DNA from: Nitrosopumilus sp.
Lineage (GTDB): Archaea; Thermoproteota; Nitrososphaeria; Nitrososphaerales; Nitrosopumilaceae
Length of the DNA: 64,000 nucleotides
Assembly: GCA_028377625.1 (NCBI GenBank)
Contig: JAONKT010000001.1
Span: 16,381 to 80,380 of the forward strand
Direction of reading: 5' to 3'
A program made the position numbers and the translations under genes. Of this stretch, positions 1-10,913 are shown in pieces (position 1 is the stretch's first letter; each line of letters starts with the position of its first letter). The notes beneath the pieces are model-generated. The model was not told the DNA's origin, did no database searches, and saw only the letters and a list, made by a program, of their open reading frames with translations.

Positions 1-509
1 GATATTGCAACTCCTGATGTTCCAATTCTTGCTGGCATCAATCTACTATCAACTAAAATTATTCCCACATGAATTAATGATTTTAAGAAAATTTTTCTTC
101 GAATTTGCTCTGCACTTAGATAAGGATCTGTTGGATATAGAATTGCTTTACCTCTTTTAGCATTTGATTTATCAATACCTGCATTTGGTGCCATGATGTT
201 ATCTGCTGATGTGATAACAAATCCCCCTATACCTCCAAAAATTTTATCAGATTCTCTTATGATAATTTCTGCAATTCCTGGTTTTAATTGATATTCATCT
301 GCAATTTTGAAACCATATTCTGATGCTTTGATTTTCTCTAAATCTATAATTCTTCCTTGTGAATTTGAGATATATTTTGTTGAAATCACTATGATATCCC
401 CTTCTTGCAATTTTACTTCATTTTTTTCTAGAGTATTTTCTAATTCCTCAAAAATATCAAATTTATTTTCCATTCTTTCTGCTAGTAGAGGTAATACTGT
501 TAATTGCAC
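1..509 (-). CDS. cofE: Coenzyme F420-0:L-glutamate ligase (3' end outside window)
   Basis: Manual translation from GTG at 509: MQLTVLPLLAER...EGDIIVISTKYIS...MAPNAGIDKSN...GIILVDSRLMPARIGTSGVAI; PNAGIDxSN motif of CofE; not in ORF track. Confidence 0.88.
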   Translation of the reverse strand, partial: MQLTVLPLLAERMENKFDIFEELENTLEKNEVKLQEGDIIVISTKYISNSQGRIIDLEKIKASEYGFKIADEYQLKPGIAEIIIRESDKIFGGIGGFVITSADNIMAPNAGIDKSNAKRGKAILYPTDPYLSAEQIRRKIFLKSLIHVGIILVDSRLMPARIGTSGVAI

Positions 510-582
510 ATTATTGTATACATTCTATTTCTTTTTTATTGTTCTGAAAAGCTTTTAATCCCAAGAGCGAACTTTTTGAATT

Positions 583-1854
583 ATGAATATAGTTGAAAAG
601 ATCCTTTCACGTGCCTCAGGGAAGTCTTCAGTAGCACCTGATGATGTAGTTTTTGCTGATGTTGATAAAGTAATGATGCATGATGTATCTGGACCTGGTG
701 TACTCAAGGTTTTTGATAAATTAAAGAAACAAGGAATTGCAGTTGATAAATTATTTGATCCTACCAAAGTTTGGGTAGCTGAAGATCACTTTGTACCATC
801 AGCTGATAAACTATCTGCCGAAAATATTGTAAAATTATCAAATTTCACAAAAAATTATGGCATTGAGAAACATTTCAAATATGGAATGGGTCAATATGGT
901 ATCTGTCATACATTATCCCATGAACAAGCAATGGTAATGCCTGGTGATGTTTATGTCGGTGGTGATTCCCATACAAACACAACTGGTGCATTAGGTGCAT
1001 TTGCAGTTGGTCTAGGACATACTGATATTGCATATGTTCTGTTAAATGGAAATATATGGTTTAAAGTTCCAGAAACTTACTATTTCAAATTAAATGGAAA
1101 ATTACCTGATCATGTGATGGCAAAAGATTTGATTCTAAAAATTATTGGAGAAATAGGAAATGATGGTGGTGCATACAGAACAATGCAATTTGGTGGAAGT
1201 GGAATTGATGACATGTCTGTTGAAAGTAGATTAACTTTATGCAATATGACAACTGAAGCAGGAGCTAAAAATGGAATTGTGGAACCTGATCAAAAAGTAG
1301 TTGACTATCTTTCTGCAAAAGGTGCAACAAATCTTAATTTAGTAAATGGTGATTCTGATGCAGAGTACTCTAAAATATTTGAATTTGAAAGTTCCGAAAT
1401 GGAACCTATGATTGCAAAACCTTTCTCACCTGATAACACATGTGTTGTAGGTGAAGCACCTTCTGTTGAATTAGATAAATCATACATTGGTTCTTGTACT
1501 GGTGCAAAATACGAAGATTTGGAAGCGGCAGCAAAAGTTCTCAAAGGAAGAAAAGTTAAGATTAGAACTGAAGTTTTACCTGCTGCAATCTCAATTTATC
1601 AACGTGCTATGGAAAATGGCCTATTGAAAATTTTCTTAGATGCTGGTGTTACTGTTGGTCCACCTACTTGTGGTGCCTGCTGCGGTGCTCATATGGGAGT
1701 ATTGGCAAAAGATGAAATCTGTATCAGTACCACTAATAGAAATTTCCCTGGTAGAATGGGTCATGTTGAATCACAAACTTACCTTTCATCCCCCATGGTT
1801 GCAGCAGCGTCTGCAGTTACTGGAAAAATTACTGACCCGAGAGATTTGAAATGA
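583..1854 (+). CDS. Archaeal-type aconitase-family large subunit (homoaconitase/isopropylmalate dehydratase, HacA/LeuC)
   Basis: EDH, GICH, DSHT, IGSCT, CGACCG and TNRNFPGRMG motifs; 423 aa, typical of the HacA/LeuC2 class. Confidence 0.9.
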   Translation: MNIVEKILSRASGKSSVAPDDVVFADVDKVMMHDVSGPGVLKVFDKLKKQGIAVDKLFDPTKVWVAEDHFVPSADKLSAENIVKLSNFTKNYGIEKHFKYGMGQYGICHTLSHEQAMVMPGDVYVGGDSHTNTTGALGAFAVGLGHTDIAYVLLNGNIWFKVPETYYFKLNGKLPDHVMAKDLILKIIGEIGNDGGAYRTMQFGGSGIDDMSVESRLTLCNMTTEAGAKNGIVEPDQKVVDYLSAKGATNLNLVNGDSDAEYSKIFEFESSEMEPMIAKPFSPDNTCVVGEAPSVELDKSYIGSCTGAKYEDLEAAAKVLKGRKVKIRTEVLPAAISIYQRAMENGLLKIFLDAGVTVGPPTCGACCGAHMGVLAKDEICISTTNRNFPGRMGHVESQTYLSSPMVAAASAVTGKITDPRDLK

Positions 1855-2342
1855 AAGGAAACATCATAAAATATGCTCGTGATAACATCGATACTGATGT
1901 AATTATTCCTGGTCAATATCTCAAAGTACACGATTATGCAGAACTTGCTACTCATGCAATGGAAGGATTAGACCCTGATTTTCATTCTAAAGTAAAAGAA
2001 GGTGATTTTATTTTATCTGGAAAAAATTTTGGATGTGGTTCATCACGTGAACATGCACCTATTGCATTGTCTCATTCTGGAGTAAAAGCAATCCTTGCTT
2101 TATCTTTTGCAAGAATTTTTTATCGAAATTCTGTTGACGGTGCATTTTTGTTACCTATTGAAATTGATCAAGATGCATATGATGGAATTTCTGAAGGCGA
2201 CGAAATTGATATTGATGTTTCAAAAAATGAAATAAAAAATATTACAAAAAATCAAACATACAAAATGAAACCTTTCTCTGAAATTATTGGAAAAATAATT
2301 GCAGCTGGTGGATTATTCAAGTATAAGCCAGATCAGGATTAA
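1851..2342 (+). CDS. Archaeal-type aconitase-family small subunit (HacB/LeuD)
   Basis: [34 protein letters not shown]; ATGA overlap with upstream gene. Confidence 0.9.
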   Translation: MKGNIIKYARDNIDTDVIIPGQYLKVHDYAELATHAMEGLDPDFHSKVKEGDFILSGKNFGCGSSREHAPIALSHSGVKAILALSFARIFYRNSVDGAFLLPIEIDQDAYDGISEGDEIDIDVSKNEIKNITKNQTYKMKPFSEIIGKIIAAGGLFKYKPDQD

Positions 2343-2343
2343 A

Positions 2344-3759
2344 ATGGGAAAAACACTTTTTGAAAAAATTTGGGAATCTCATATTGTTGTTGAAAAACAA
2401 AATGAGCCCGCCTTAATTTACATTGATCGACACCTTGTTCATGAGGTAACTTCTCCTCAGGCATTTGATGGCTTACGTATGAATAACAGAAAAGTTCGAC
2501 GTCCTGACTTGACAATTGCTACAATGGACCATAATGTTCCAACCAGTGATCGTTCTTTACCTATATTGGACCAAACTTCTGCAGTTCAAATTAAAACACT
2601 TGAAAATAATTGTAGGGATTTTGGAATAAAATTATTTGATATTAACAGTCCAAACCAGGGAATTGTTCATGTAATTGGACCTCAATTAGGCATAACTTTG
2701 CCTGGTTCTACAATTGTTTGCGGTGATAGTCATACTTCAACTCATGGTGCATTTGGTGCATTAGCATTGGGGATTGGAACTAGTGAAGTTGAACATGTAT
2801 TGGCATCTCAAACACTATGGTTAGAAAAACCAAAAACGTTTGAAATTAGAGTCGAGGGAAAAAGAAATAATCCTCATGCAGTAACTGCAAAAGATATTAT
2901 TTTATCCATAATCAAAAATATTGGAACTGCTGGTGGAACTGGTACTGTAATTGAGTATCGTGGGGAAGGAATAACTGATCTTTCTATGGATCAACGAATG
3001 ACAATTTGTAATATGTCCATTGAAGGTGGGGCTCGTGCAGGATTAATTGCACCTGATCAAAAAACTTTTGATTATTTACGAAATAGAGAATACACACCAA
3101 AAAATTATGAATCTCTTGTAGATTCTTGGAAAGTTAATCTCAAAACAGATTCTGATGCCACTTTTGATAAAACATTCACTTTGGACATTAATGATATTGC
3201 TCCTCAAGTAAGCTGGGGAACTAACCCTGGAATGACTTGTGATGTGGATGAATCAATTCCATCTCCAGATGAATTTTCAAATGGTGATGACAATCAAAAG
3301 CGTGGTGCTGAAAAAGCTCTTGAATATATGGATCTTGAATCTGGAACTATGATTGAAGATATTGCAATTGATAGAGTGTTTATTGGATCTTGCACTAATG
3401 CAAGATTAGAAGATTTGATTGAAGCATCAAAAATTGTTCAAGGTCAAAAAGTTGCATCTAGTGTTAGTGCCATGGTGGTTCCTGGCTCTCAAATGGTAAA
3501 AAAACAAGCTGAAGAAATGGGATTGGATAAAATCTTCATAAATGCTAATTTTGAATGGAGAGAGGCTGGATGTAGCATGTGTTTAGGCATGAATCCTGAT
3601 ATTTTATCTCCTGGTGAGAGATGTGCAAGTACATCAAATAGAAATTTTGAAGGTAGACAAGGCAATGGTGGCAGAACTCATTTAGTTAGTCCTGTGATGG
3701 CTGCTGCTGCTGCAATTAATGGTCATTTTGTAGATGTAAGGAAATTGGATTTGAATTAA
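2344..3759 (+). CDS. leuC: 3-isopropylmalate dehydratase large subunit (bacterial type)
   Basis: [47 protein letters not shown]; start moved to ATG 2344. Confidence 0.95.
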   Translation: MGKTLFEKIWESHIVVEKQNEPALIYIDRHLVHEVTSPQAFDGLRMNNRKVRRPDLTIATMDHNVPTSDRSLPILDQTSAVQIKTLENNCRDFGIKLFDINSPNQGIVHVIGPQLGITLPGSTIVCGDSHTSTHGAFGALALGIGTSEVEHVLASQTLWLEKPKTFEIRVEGKRNNPHAVTAKDIILSIIKNIGTAGGTGTVIEYRGEGITDLSMDQRMTICNMSIEGGARAGLIAPDQKTFDYLRNREYTPKNYESLVDSWKVNLKTDSDATFDKTFTLDINDIAPQVSWGTNPGMTCDVDESIPSPDEFSNGDDNQKRGAEKALEYMDLESGTMIEDIAIDRVFIGSCTNARLEDLIEASKIVQGQKVASSVSAMVVPGSQMVKKQAEEMGLDKIFINANFEWREAGCSMCLGMNPDILSPGERCASTSNRNFEGRQGNGGRTHLVSPVMAAAAAINGHFVDVRKLDLN

Positions 3760-3760
3760 C

Positions 3761-4345
3761 ATGAAACCATTTCAAAATGTAAAAAGTATTGTTACTCCAC
3801 TAGATAAAGTAAATGTTGACACTGATCAAATTATCCCAAAACAATTTTTAAAATTAGTTCAAAAATCTGGATTTGGTAAATTTTTATTTTTTAATTGGAG
3901 ATATGATGAAAATGAAAATATGAAATCTGATTTTGTTTTAAATGATCCAAAGTATAATGGCTCAAAAATTTTAGTGGCAGGTGATAATTTTGGTTGTGGT
4001 TCTAGTAGAGAGCATGCTGTTTGGGCTTTAGATGACTATGGATTCTCCGTAGTCATTTCATCATCTTTTGCAGATATTTTCTTTAGTAATTGTTTTAAAA
4101 ATGGCATACTGCCAATTTCGTTAGACTCAAAAATAATTCAAAAATTATTACAAGAATCTAATGTTGTTGAGGTGGATTTAGAAAATCAAATAGTTAGAAC
4201 ATCTTCTGAAGATATACCTTTTGAAATTAATTCTCATAAGAAAAAGATCCTTTTAGAGGGATTAGACGATATTGCACAAACTTTTCAATATGAGGATAAA
4301 ATATCTATCTTTGAAGAAAAATCTACAATCCCATCTGTTTTATGA
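3761..4345 (+). CDS. leuD: 3-isopropylmalate dehydratase small subunit
   Basis: [34 protein letters not shown]. Confidence 0.95.
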   Translation: MKPFQNVKSIVTPLDKVNVDTDQIIPKQFLKLVQKSGFGKFLFFNWRYDENENMKSDFVLNDPKYNGSKILVAGDNFGCGSSREHAVWALDDYGFSVVISSSFADIFFSNCFKNGILPISLDSKIIQKLLQESNVVEVDLENQIVRTSSEDIPFEINSHKKKILLEGLDDIAQTFQYEDKISIFEEKSTIPSVL

Positions 4346-5039
4346 TTTTCGTTACTATTTTCTCGTTTCTCTCTAGAATCATTGGTGATTCTGCATCAAT
4401 CCATTCTTTTTCTGCTATGTCATAGGCACTTACTTTTCCTTCTTTAGATAGTTGTTGTAATATGTCAAATGACAGATTAACTTGTTTTTGTTTCTTCTTT
4501 TTTATTTTTTGAATAATCTCTTTTCCTAGCATATAGATTCCTAAACATTCTGATAATTGTAATTTCATTACTGGTTTTTCTTTGAATTCTTTAATTATCC
4601 CATCTTTTACTATTGCAAAACCTGTTTCCTCTTTTCTTTTTGTTCTTGTAGCAATACACGCATAACTATTTTTTTCTTTGAATGTATCTCTCATTTCTTT
4701 AATGTCAATTGCACATAAATTGTCTACAAACCATAGGAGAAATTCTGATTCCTTTTTGAGTTCTTTTTCAATATGAAGTAAATCCCCCCCTGTCCCACTT
4801 TGTGAATCTTGTACAAATTTTATATTTTTTTGATTTCCGTAATAATTTTTTATTTGACCTCCTAAACCATTGTAGTCTGAAATTATGATTATTTCTTTTA
4901 TAAAATTAAATGATTTTAGGTATCTTACAACATAATCTATTAATGGTTTTCCGTTAATTGGTGTCATTGCTTTTGGAAAATATTCTGTATATGGTTTTCC
5001 ACGGGTACCTTTGCCCCCTGCTAGAATTATAGCTTTCAC
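4323..5039 (-). CDS. Sugar-phosphate nucleotidyltransferase family protein
   Basis: N-terminal ILAGGKGTR...PKAM motif. Confidence 0.85.
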   Translation of the reverse strand: MKAIILAGGKGTRGKPYTEYFPKAMTPINGKPLIDYVVRYLKSFNFIKEIIIISDYNGLGGQIKNYYGNQKNIKFVQDSQSGTGGDLLHIEKELKKESEFLLWFVDNLCAIDIKEMRDTFKEKNSYACIATRTKRKEETGFAIVKDGIIKEFKEKPVMKLQLSECLGIYMLGKEIIQKIKKKKQKQVNLSFDILQQLSKEGKVSAYDIAEKEWIDAESPMILERNEKIVTKIIKQMGL

Positions 5040-5042
5040 AGT

Positions 5043-5495
5043 CTAACGGTATGATTTCTGTTTTCTTCTTCTTGCACCAGGTCCGCCAAATTTCTTTGGT
5101 TCTTTTTGTCTGGCATCTCCACTTACTAGATATTTATCAAAATCTGTAATTCTTTTTCTGAGGTCTTCTCTAGTTGTTTTTGGGAAAGGATGATCTTTTG
5201 GTTCTTTTTTAGATTTTGTCCAGCCTACAAGTGCTCTGGTAATTCCAGTTGCAATTGCACTTGCTTGTCCCATGTAGCCTCCGCCTCTTACTCTTATGGA
5301 AATATCTATTTTTTCTCTTAAATCACCTGTAATTTCAAGTGGTGCTAAAATTACTTCACGTGCAGTTTCTTGTGGAATCATTTCAACTGGAACATTGTTA
5401 ATTCTTACTTTGCCTACGCCCTTTGTAATGTAAACATGTGCACTAGCTGTTTTTCTAGTTGCAAAATAAATCTCAGTTTTTGGTGATGGAGCCAT
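5043..5495 (-). CDS. rps9: 30S ribosomal protein S9
   Basis: GGGYMGQA, EPKKFGGPGARRRKQKSYR. Confidence 0.97.
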   Translation of the reverse strand: MAPSPKTEIYFATRKTASAHVYITKGVGKVRINNVPVEMIPQETAREVILAPLEITGDLREKIDISIRVRGGGYMGQASAIATGITRALVGWTKSKKEPKDHPFPKTTREDLRKRITDFDKYLVSGDARQKEPKKFGGPGARRRKQKSYR

Positions 5496-6004
5496 TATTC
5501 AGTCCATCCTATTACTCTGCATATCTCTGCTAATGATGTATAATTAGATGCTGCTTTTTTGATTAATGCTTTTTCAAATTGAATTTTTTCAATTGGTTTT
5601 GTATCATTTGGTGCACCAATGTAAGTTCGAAGTCTTTGAAATGCTAATTTTCCTGATGGTTTTCTATCAAATGGTAACATTTGACGAATCATTTTTGCAA
5701 TAATTGTATCTGGTCTTCTGTAGTGCACCGGTCCATGTTTGTAATTGATAATACTGTTGATTTCTAAAAATTCTCTATATTCTTGAATTTGATTTGATCT
5801 TGTTCCACTCATCATGATTTTTTCACAATTAATCACTGTAACTCTTTGTCCTTGTAATAGCAGTTTGGCTACATTTGATGATAGTCTGCCTGCAATGTGA
5901 TTTGTTGCATCTACAACAATTGGTCTATCTGTTCTAATTACAACTTCTTGTTTTGAAGTATTTGAATTTCTTCCAGCTGGTCTGTTTAATCTTCCATTAG
6001 CCAA
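5495..6004 (-). CDS. rpl13: 50S ribosomal protein L13
   Basis: VDATNHIAGRLSSNVAKLLL, GPVHYRRPD; conserved L18e-L13-S9 order. Confidence 0.95.
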   Translation of the reverse strand: MANGRLNRPAGRNSNTSKQEVVIRTDRPIVVDATNHIAGRLSSNVAKLLLQGQRVTVINCEKIMMSGTRSNQIQEYREFLEINSIINYKHGPVHYRRPDTIIAKMIRQMLPFDRKPSGKLAFQRLRTYIGAPNDTKPIEKIQFEKALIKKAASNYTSLAEICRVIGWTE

Positions 6005-6344
6005 GTAGTACGACTCCTTTACCTGTTGGGTTTTGTTTGATTAAATCTGTATATGAGATTAATTTTCCACCATTTTCTAAGACTTTGGATGCTGCAGCAT
6101 TTGAAATTGAAAATGAACATAATGTGATTTTATGTGATACGTTTCCTGTTCCTAGAACTTTACCTGGAAATACTACTGTATCGTTATCTTTTGTTAATTC
6201 ACTAATTCTGTTCAAATTGATATCTCTTCTTGCAATTGATGGTTTTAATGCATATTCTGCTAATTTTCCCCAAATTGGAGCATCATTCTTAGTTGATGCT
6301 TTCTTAAGATCGCTAGCCATACGAATAACAACTTGATTAGTCAT
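5997..6344 (-). CDS. rpl18e: 50S ribosomal protein L18e
   Basis: INLNRI, VVFPGKVLGTG; operon context. Confidence 0.95.
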   Translation of the reverse strand: MTNQVVIRMASDLKKASTKNDAPIWGKLAEYALKPSIARRDINLNRISELTKDNDTVVFPGKVLGTGNVSHKITLCSFSISNAAASKVLENGGKLISYTDLIKQNPTGKGVVLLG

Positions 6345-6389
6345 GTGAATAATCCGGCTTAAAACCCAAATATAATGTCTATGCTTGTA

Positions 6390-6989
6390 TTATTCTTCAA
6401 GATTGTTGATCATGTCTTTGAATTCAACAACTCTTCTGCTTACTTCCTGTACGCCTTCAAGAACAATTTGTTCTGGATTTAGTGCCCCTGTTGACTCTAC
6501 TGTAAGAATTTTTTCGTCATCTTTAGGAGTATCTGTTAATGTTGATATGTTTGAAGAATTCCATTTTGCATGTTCTGTACCACGTCCTAGTCTTGCATAA
6601 CACTCAACTTTGATTTTTTGACCTGGGGCTAATTGTACAATTGGAATTTTCTCTGAAACTGGTTTCACTGTATCATCTTCTGATGATAATTCGCTAGACA
6701 AGACTGTTCTAGTAACTTCTGATTCCCCTGAATCTAAAACTAGTAGAATTTTATCTGATTCGTTGTATTTACTCAAATCTGTTTTTAATGGAATTAATCC
6801 TAATCTGTGTGCTAATCCTTCATCAGGTAATACTGAGGTATTTTCAATAATATCCACTGTATCAATTGCAAATACTGTAACACCATTTAGACATACACGT
6901 CTAAGTGCATTTGCATATTGTAGCGGAACTCCTTTTAGCTTTATAGCTATTTTTTGGGAATCTTTGCTAATTACGTCTAATGATGACAA
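6390..6989 (-). CDS. rpoD: RNA polymerase subunit D (Rpo3)
   Basis: ANALRR, NTSVLPDEGLAHRLGLIPL, GRGTEHAKW; probable TTG start at 6989. Confidence 0.93.
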   Translation of the reverse strand: MSSLDVISKDSQKIAIKLKGVPLQYANALRRVCLNGVTVFAIDTVDIIENTSVLPDEGLAHRLGLIPLKTDLSKYNESDKILLVLDSGESEVTRTVLSSELSSEDDTVKPVSEKIPIVQLAPGQKIKVECYARLGRGTEHAKWNSSNISTLTDTPKDDEKILTVESTGALNPEQIVLEGVQEVSRRVVEFKDMINNLEE

Positions 6990-7076
6990 ATCTTGTTGAA
7001 AATCATCAAAGTGCACATAAAAATCTAGCTAGTTTTACGTATAGATAAATACCAAATTATTGTATGTACTTTAGAA

Positions 7077-7763
7077 ATGGCTGATACGACTGTAGTTCGA
7101 TATTCATTTGAGGGGGAAAAATTTGAAATTTTGGTAAAACCTGATCCTGCTTTAGATTATAAACTTGGAAAGAAAAAAGATATTTCTTCTGTTTTGATAT
7201 CTGATGAAATATACACTGATTCTGGTAAAGGTACTAAACCATCTACTGAAAAATTACTTGCAGCTTTTAAGACTGAAGATAAAACTGAGATTGCTCAAAT
7301 AATGTTTGAGAAAGGTGATCTTAACCTAACTACTGATCAAAGAAGAAAAATGATTGAACAAAAGAGAAAACAAATTGTTGAATATATTGCTAAAACGTAC
7401 GTTGATCCTAGAACCCACTTACCTCACCCGCCACTGAGAATTGAACAAGCCATGAAAGATGGTCGTGTTTCAATTGATCCTCAGAAAAATGTTGAAGAAC
7501 AAGTAAAAGATCTTGTTGAGAAATTACGTTCAATTATTGCATTAAAATCTGAAAATCTCCAATTAGAAATTATTATTCCTGCACAATATGCTTCTCAATC
7601 TTATTCTGTTTTGAAATCTGTCGGTTCACTAAAAAAAGAAGAATGGCAAACTAATGGTTCACTAAAAGCAATACTTGAAATACCCGCAGCAGCAAGGCCA
7701 AACGTGATTGACAGATTAGGTTCTATTACAAAGGGTTCTGCCACTGTGGAGATTGTGAAATAA
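7077..7763 (+). CDS. Ribosome maturation factor SBDS/Sdo1
   Basis: KFEILV, LTTDQRR, DPRTHLPHPPLRIE; head of the exosome cluster. Confidence 0.95.
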   Translation: MADTTVVRYSFEGEKFEILVKPDPALDYKLGKKKDISSVLISDEIYTDSGKGTKPSTEKLLAAFKTEDKTEIAQIMFEKGDLNLTTDQRRKMIEQKRKQIVEYIAKTYVDPRTHLPHPPLRIEQAMKDGRVSIDPQKNVEEQVKDLVEKLRSIIALKSENLQLEIIIPAQYASQSYSVLKSVGSLKKEEWQTNGSLKAILEIPAAARPNVIDRLGSITKGSATVEIVK

Positions 7764-8443
7764 TGGCGGATAAGAGAAAATATGTTATTCCCGGTGATAT
7801 AGTTACTAGTGGACCTTTCAGACCTGAACAAAATGTTATACTTGAAGGAAATAACATAATTGCTACCGCTGTCGGCATTTCTGAAATTTATGATGATTCT
7901 GTAAAAGTTATTCCTCTAACTGGAAAATATCTTCCTAAAATTAATGATCTTGTAATTGGTAAAGTTGTTTCTCATACTTCACTATCTTGGGAATTGGATA
8001 TTAATTCATGTTATATTGGATTTTTGCCAGCAATGGATGTGTTTGGACGAGATTTTTCAACTCATGCTGACGAACTCTCAAGCAAACTCAAAACAGGAGA
8101 TCTTGTAGCTGCTAGAATTGCTAATTTTGATAGAACTCGAGATCCTTTGATTACAATTGCTGATAGAGACTTAGGTAAAATTGATGATGGTGTATTGGTA
8201 AAAATTTCAACAAGTAAGGTTCCAAGATTAATTGGCAAGAAAGGTAGTATGATTCAGATGATTGAAATGGGTACAAATGCCGCAATTACGATTGGTCAAA
8301 ATGGATGGGTTGTTATTTCATGTGAAACTGAAGAAGGACTCTCAAAAGCTAAAAAGGCTGTTGAAATGGTTAATGAAAAAGCACATATTGCTAATTTAAC
8401 GGATTTAATTAAAGATATGTTAGATGGGAAAGATGAATCATAA
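7763..8443 (+). CDS. rrp4: Exosome RNA-binding subunit Rrp4
   Basis: VIPGD, S1 and KH domains (KVPRLIGKKGSMI, GQNGWV). Confidence 0.95.
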   Translation: MADKRKYVIPGDIVTSGPFRPEQNVILEGNNIIATAVGISEIYDDSVKVIPLTGKYLPKINDLVIGKVVSHTSLSWELDINSCYIGFLPAMDVFGRDFSTHADELSSKLKTGDLVAARIANFDRTRDPLITIADRDLGKIDDGVLVKISTSKVPRLIGKKGSMIQMIEMGTNAAITIGQNGWVVISCETEEGLSKAKKAVEMVNEKAHIANLTDLIKDMLDGKDES

Positions 8444-9177
8444 TGGGTGGACGAGATGCAACCATGGTTTTATTGGACGAAAATGGCATTCGTTGTGATG
8501 GACGTAAAATAGACGAACCACGAAGAATTATGATTAAAGCAGGTGGATTAAAAAACGCTGATGGTTCTGCTTACATTGAATTTGGTGATAACAAAATCTT
8601 AGTTGGTGTATTTGGACCAAGAGATGTTCATCCAAAACATATGTCAAATACTGATACTGGAATTTTAAGAGTTAGATATCACATGGAACCATTTTCTGTT
8701 GGTGAAAGAAAAAGACCGGCACCTTCAAGAAGAGAAATTGAAATTTCTAAAGTAATCAAAGAAGCATTAGAACCTGCAGTAATGTTGGAGAAATTCCCAA
8801 GAACTGCAGTTGATGTATTTATTGAAGTTTTACAAGCTGATGGCGGAACTAGATGTGCTGCACTTACTGCAGCATCTGTTGCATTAGCTGATGCTGGAAT
8901 TCCAATGAGAGATATGGTTGCAGCAATTGCTTCAGGTAAAGTTGCAGATACTATTATTCTTGATGTTAACAATGAAGAAGACCAAGCAGGTCAAGCAGAT
9001 ATGCCAGTTGGATATATGCCAAGTTTAAAGAAAATTACCTTACTACAATTAGATGGTGTTCTAACTCCTGAAGAATACAAAAAATGTGTGGACGTTGGAG
9101 TTAAAGGATGTGAACTTGTTTATGAACTTCAAAAGAAAGCACTTCATGACAAATACTTTGGAAACAGGGGAGATTAG
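8443..9177 (+). CDS. rrp41: Exosome exonuclease Rrp41
   Basis: RCDGRK, ADGSAY, PSRREIEIS, LQADGGTR. Confidence 0.97.
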   Translation: MGGRDATMVLLDENGIRCDGRKIDEPRRIMIKAGGLKNADGSAYIEFGDNKILVGVFGPRDVHPKHMSNTDTGILRVRYHMEPFSVGERKRPAPSRREIEISKVIKEALEPAVMLEKFPRTAVDVFIEVLQADGGTRCAALTAASVALADAGIPMRDMVAAIASGKVADTIILDVNNEEDQAGQADMPVGYMPSLKKITLLQLDGVLTPEEYKKCVDVGVKGCELVYELQKKALHDKYFGNRGD

Positions 9178-9179
9178 AA

Positions 9180-9998
9180 ATGACTAGTGTTTCTGTTATT
9201 GATCAATTAAAACGAACTCAAATTATTGAGTTATTAGAACAAGGAAAAAGAGTTGATGGAAGAGCACTAGATGAGCCTAGAGAAATCAAAATCGAAATTA
9301 ACGCAATTCCTAAAGCAAATGGTTCAGCAAGAGTTTACCTTGGTGACACCGAAGTTTTATGTGGAGTGAAAATCCAACCAGACAAACCTTTCCCAGATGT
9401 GGGTGATAAAGGCATGTTTATGTGCACTGCTGAATTATTGCCACTTTCACATCCTACTGTTGAAACTGGACCGCCACAAGCCCCTGTTATTGAATTGGCA
9501 AGAGTTGTTGATAGAGGAATTAGAGAAAGTCATATGGTCGATGTATCTCAATTAGTAATTGAAAAAGACAAATCTGTAGTTGGTGTATTTGCCGATGTTG
9601 TGGTAATTGATTATGATGGAAATCTCTTTGATGCATGCTCTTATGCTGCAACTGCTGCTTTACTTACATCAAAAACCCCAACATGGGAGATGGTTGATGA
9701 CCAACCTTCAGTAGTTGAAGGTGCAGACAAACCGTTACCTGTAAGCACAATCCCTGTATCTGTAACAATGGCAAAAATTGGAAATTACATTGTTGTTGAT
9801 CCTAATGGTGATGAGTGGGATAGTATGGACTCAAGAATTACTATAACTACAGACTCTGATGGAAATATTGTTGCATTACAAAAAGGTGGCAGTGATGGAT
9901 TCACCCAAGATGAAATTAACCAATGTGGGGAATTATCTGTAAAAGTAGGCACAAAGATTAGAGAACAATTAAAATTAGCACAACAGGAGAATCAATAA
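9180..9998 (+). CDS. rrp42: Exosome subunit Rrp42
   Basis: RVDGR, ELARVVDRGIRES, DYDGNL, ALQKGG. Confidence 0.97.
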   Translation: MTSVSVIDQLKRTQIIELLEQGKRVDGRALDEPREIKIEINAIPKANGSARVYLGDTEVLCGVKIQPDKPFPDVGDKGMFMCTAELLPLSHPTVETGPPQAPVIELARVVDRGIRESHMVDVSQLVIEKDKSVVGVFADVVVIDYDGNLFDACSYAATAALLTSKTPTWEMVDDQPSVVEGADKPLPVSTIPVSVTMAKIGNYIVVDPNGDEWDSMDSRITITTDSDGNIVALQKGGSDGFTQDEINQCGELSVKVGTKIREQLKLAQQENQ

Positions 9999-9999
9999 A

Positions 10000-10212
10000 A
10001 TGGGAAAAGCAAAAAAATCTCTAAAAGGATTGGGCACACGCTATGGAATTAAACTAAGAAAACAATACACAAAAGTTCACTTCACGTTAAAACAAAAAAG
10101 AAATTGTCCTGAGTGTGGTTCACAGACATTTGGCAGAGATGCTGTTGGAATTTGGTCTTGTAAAAAATGCAACTATAAAGTAGCTGGAACTGCATATGAC
10201 ATTAAACTATAG
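10000..10212 (+). CDS. rpl37ae: 50S ribosomal protein L37Ae
   Basis: GTRYG, CPEC...GIWSCKKC, VAGTAY. Confidence 0.93.
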   Translation: MGKAKKSLKGLGTRYGIKLRKQYTKVHFTLKQKRNCPECGSQTFGRDAVGIWSCKKCNYKVAGTAYDIKL

Positions 10213-10441
10213 TGCAAAAATCACTGTAGATGCTAACGATACAACTACTGCAATTTATGATTCTGTAAATACTGATAACGAATTTTATCCTGAAAATCCT
10301 GTTAAAACTAAAATAAAATTGGATAAAAAACTAGTAATCTCTGCTGAAACTGATCAAATTGCACATCTTAGAGCAAATTTGAATTCAACGCTTCGACTAA
10401 TTCAAGCTAGTTACGATTCAATTGAATCGGTAAAGATATAA
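10196..10441 (+). CDS. pcc1: KEOPS complex subunit Pcc1
   Basis: LRANLNSTLRLI motif; position between rpl37ae and prefoldin beta. Confidence 0.8.
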   Translation: MTLNYSAKITVDANDTTTAIYDSVNTDNEFYPENPVKTKIKLDKKLVISAETDQIAHLRANLNSTLRLIQASYDSIESVKI

Positions 10442-10464
10442 TCAGATTAAATTCCTGAGTATAC

Positions 10465-10860
10465 ATGTCTGCTCCACAAATGCCACCATGGCTTCAAGAA
10501 CAAATTGGGAAATTACAACAATCTCAACAAAATTTGCAATCTATCATGACCCAAAGACAACACCTTGAAATGGAGAAAGCAGAAACTGAAAAAGCACTTG
10601 AAGAATTAAACAAAGTTGCAGATGGTGACTCTGTCTTCAAACAAGCTGGAACTGTTTTGATTAAATCTGATAAAAAAACACTAGTTGATGAATTAGAAGA
10701 AAAAGTCGAATTAGCAAAAACTAGATCAACTGTTCTTGAAAAGCAAGAAGTACGTGTAAAAGAAACCCTCAAAGAACAAGAAGCAAAAATTACTGAAATG
10801 ATGAAAAGTGGTGCCACTCCTCCTCCGGCAAAAGCAGAAGAAGATAATCCTAGAAAATAA
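10465..10860 (+). CDS. pfdB: Prefoldin beta subunit
   Basis: Coiled coils flanking VFKQAGTVLIK hairpin; exosome cluster context. Confidence 0.93.
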   Translation: MSAPQMPPWLQEQIGKLQQSQQNLQSIMTQRQHLEMEKAETEKALEELNKVADGDSVFKQAGTVLIKSDKKTLVDELEEKVELAKTRSTVLEKQEVRVKETLKEQEAKITEMMKSGATPPPAKAEEDNPRK

Positions 10861-10913
10861 TCTTTCTGACGTATTTCATATAAGATATTAACAATTCATT
10901 ACAAGTGGTATTT

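Noticed and set aside
2299-2343. N-terminal extensions of track ORFs (leuC, rpoD, rpl10e, 46955 ORF, rpoE1)
   Set aside because: Longest-ORF artefacts; homology and promoter spacing favour downstream starts.
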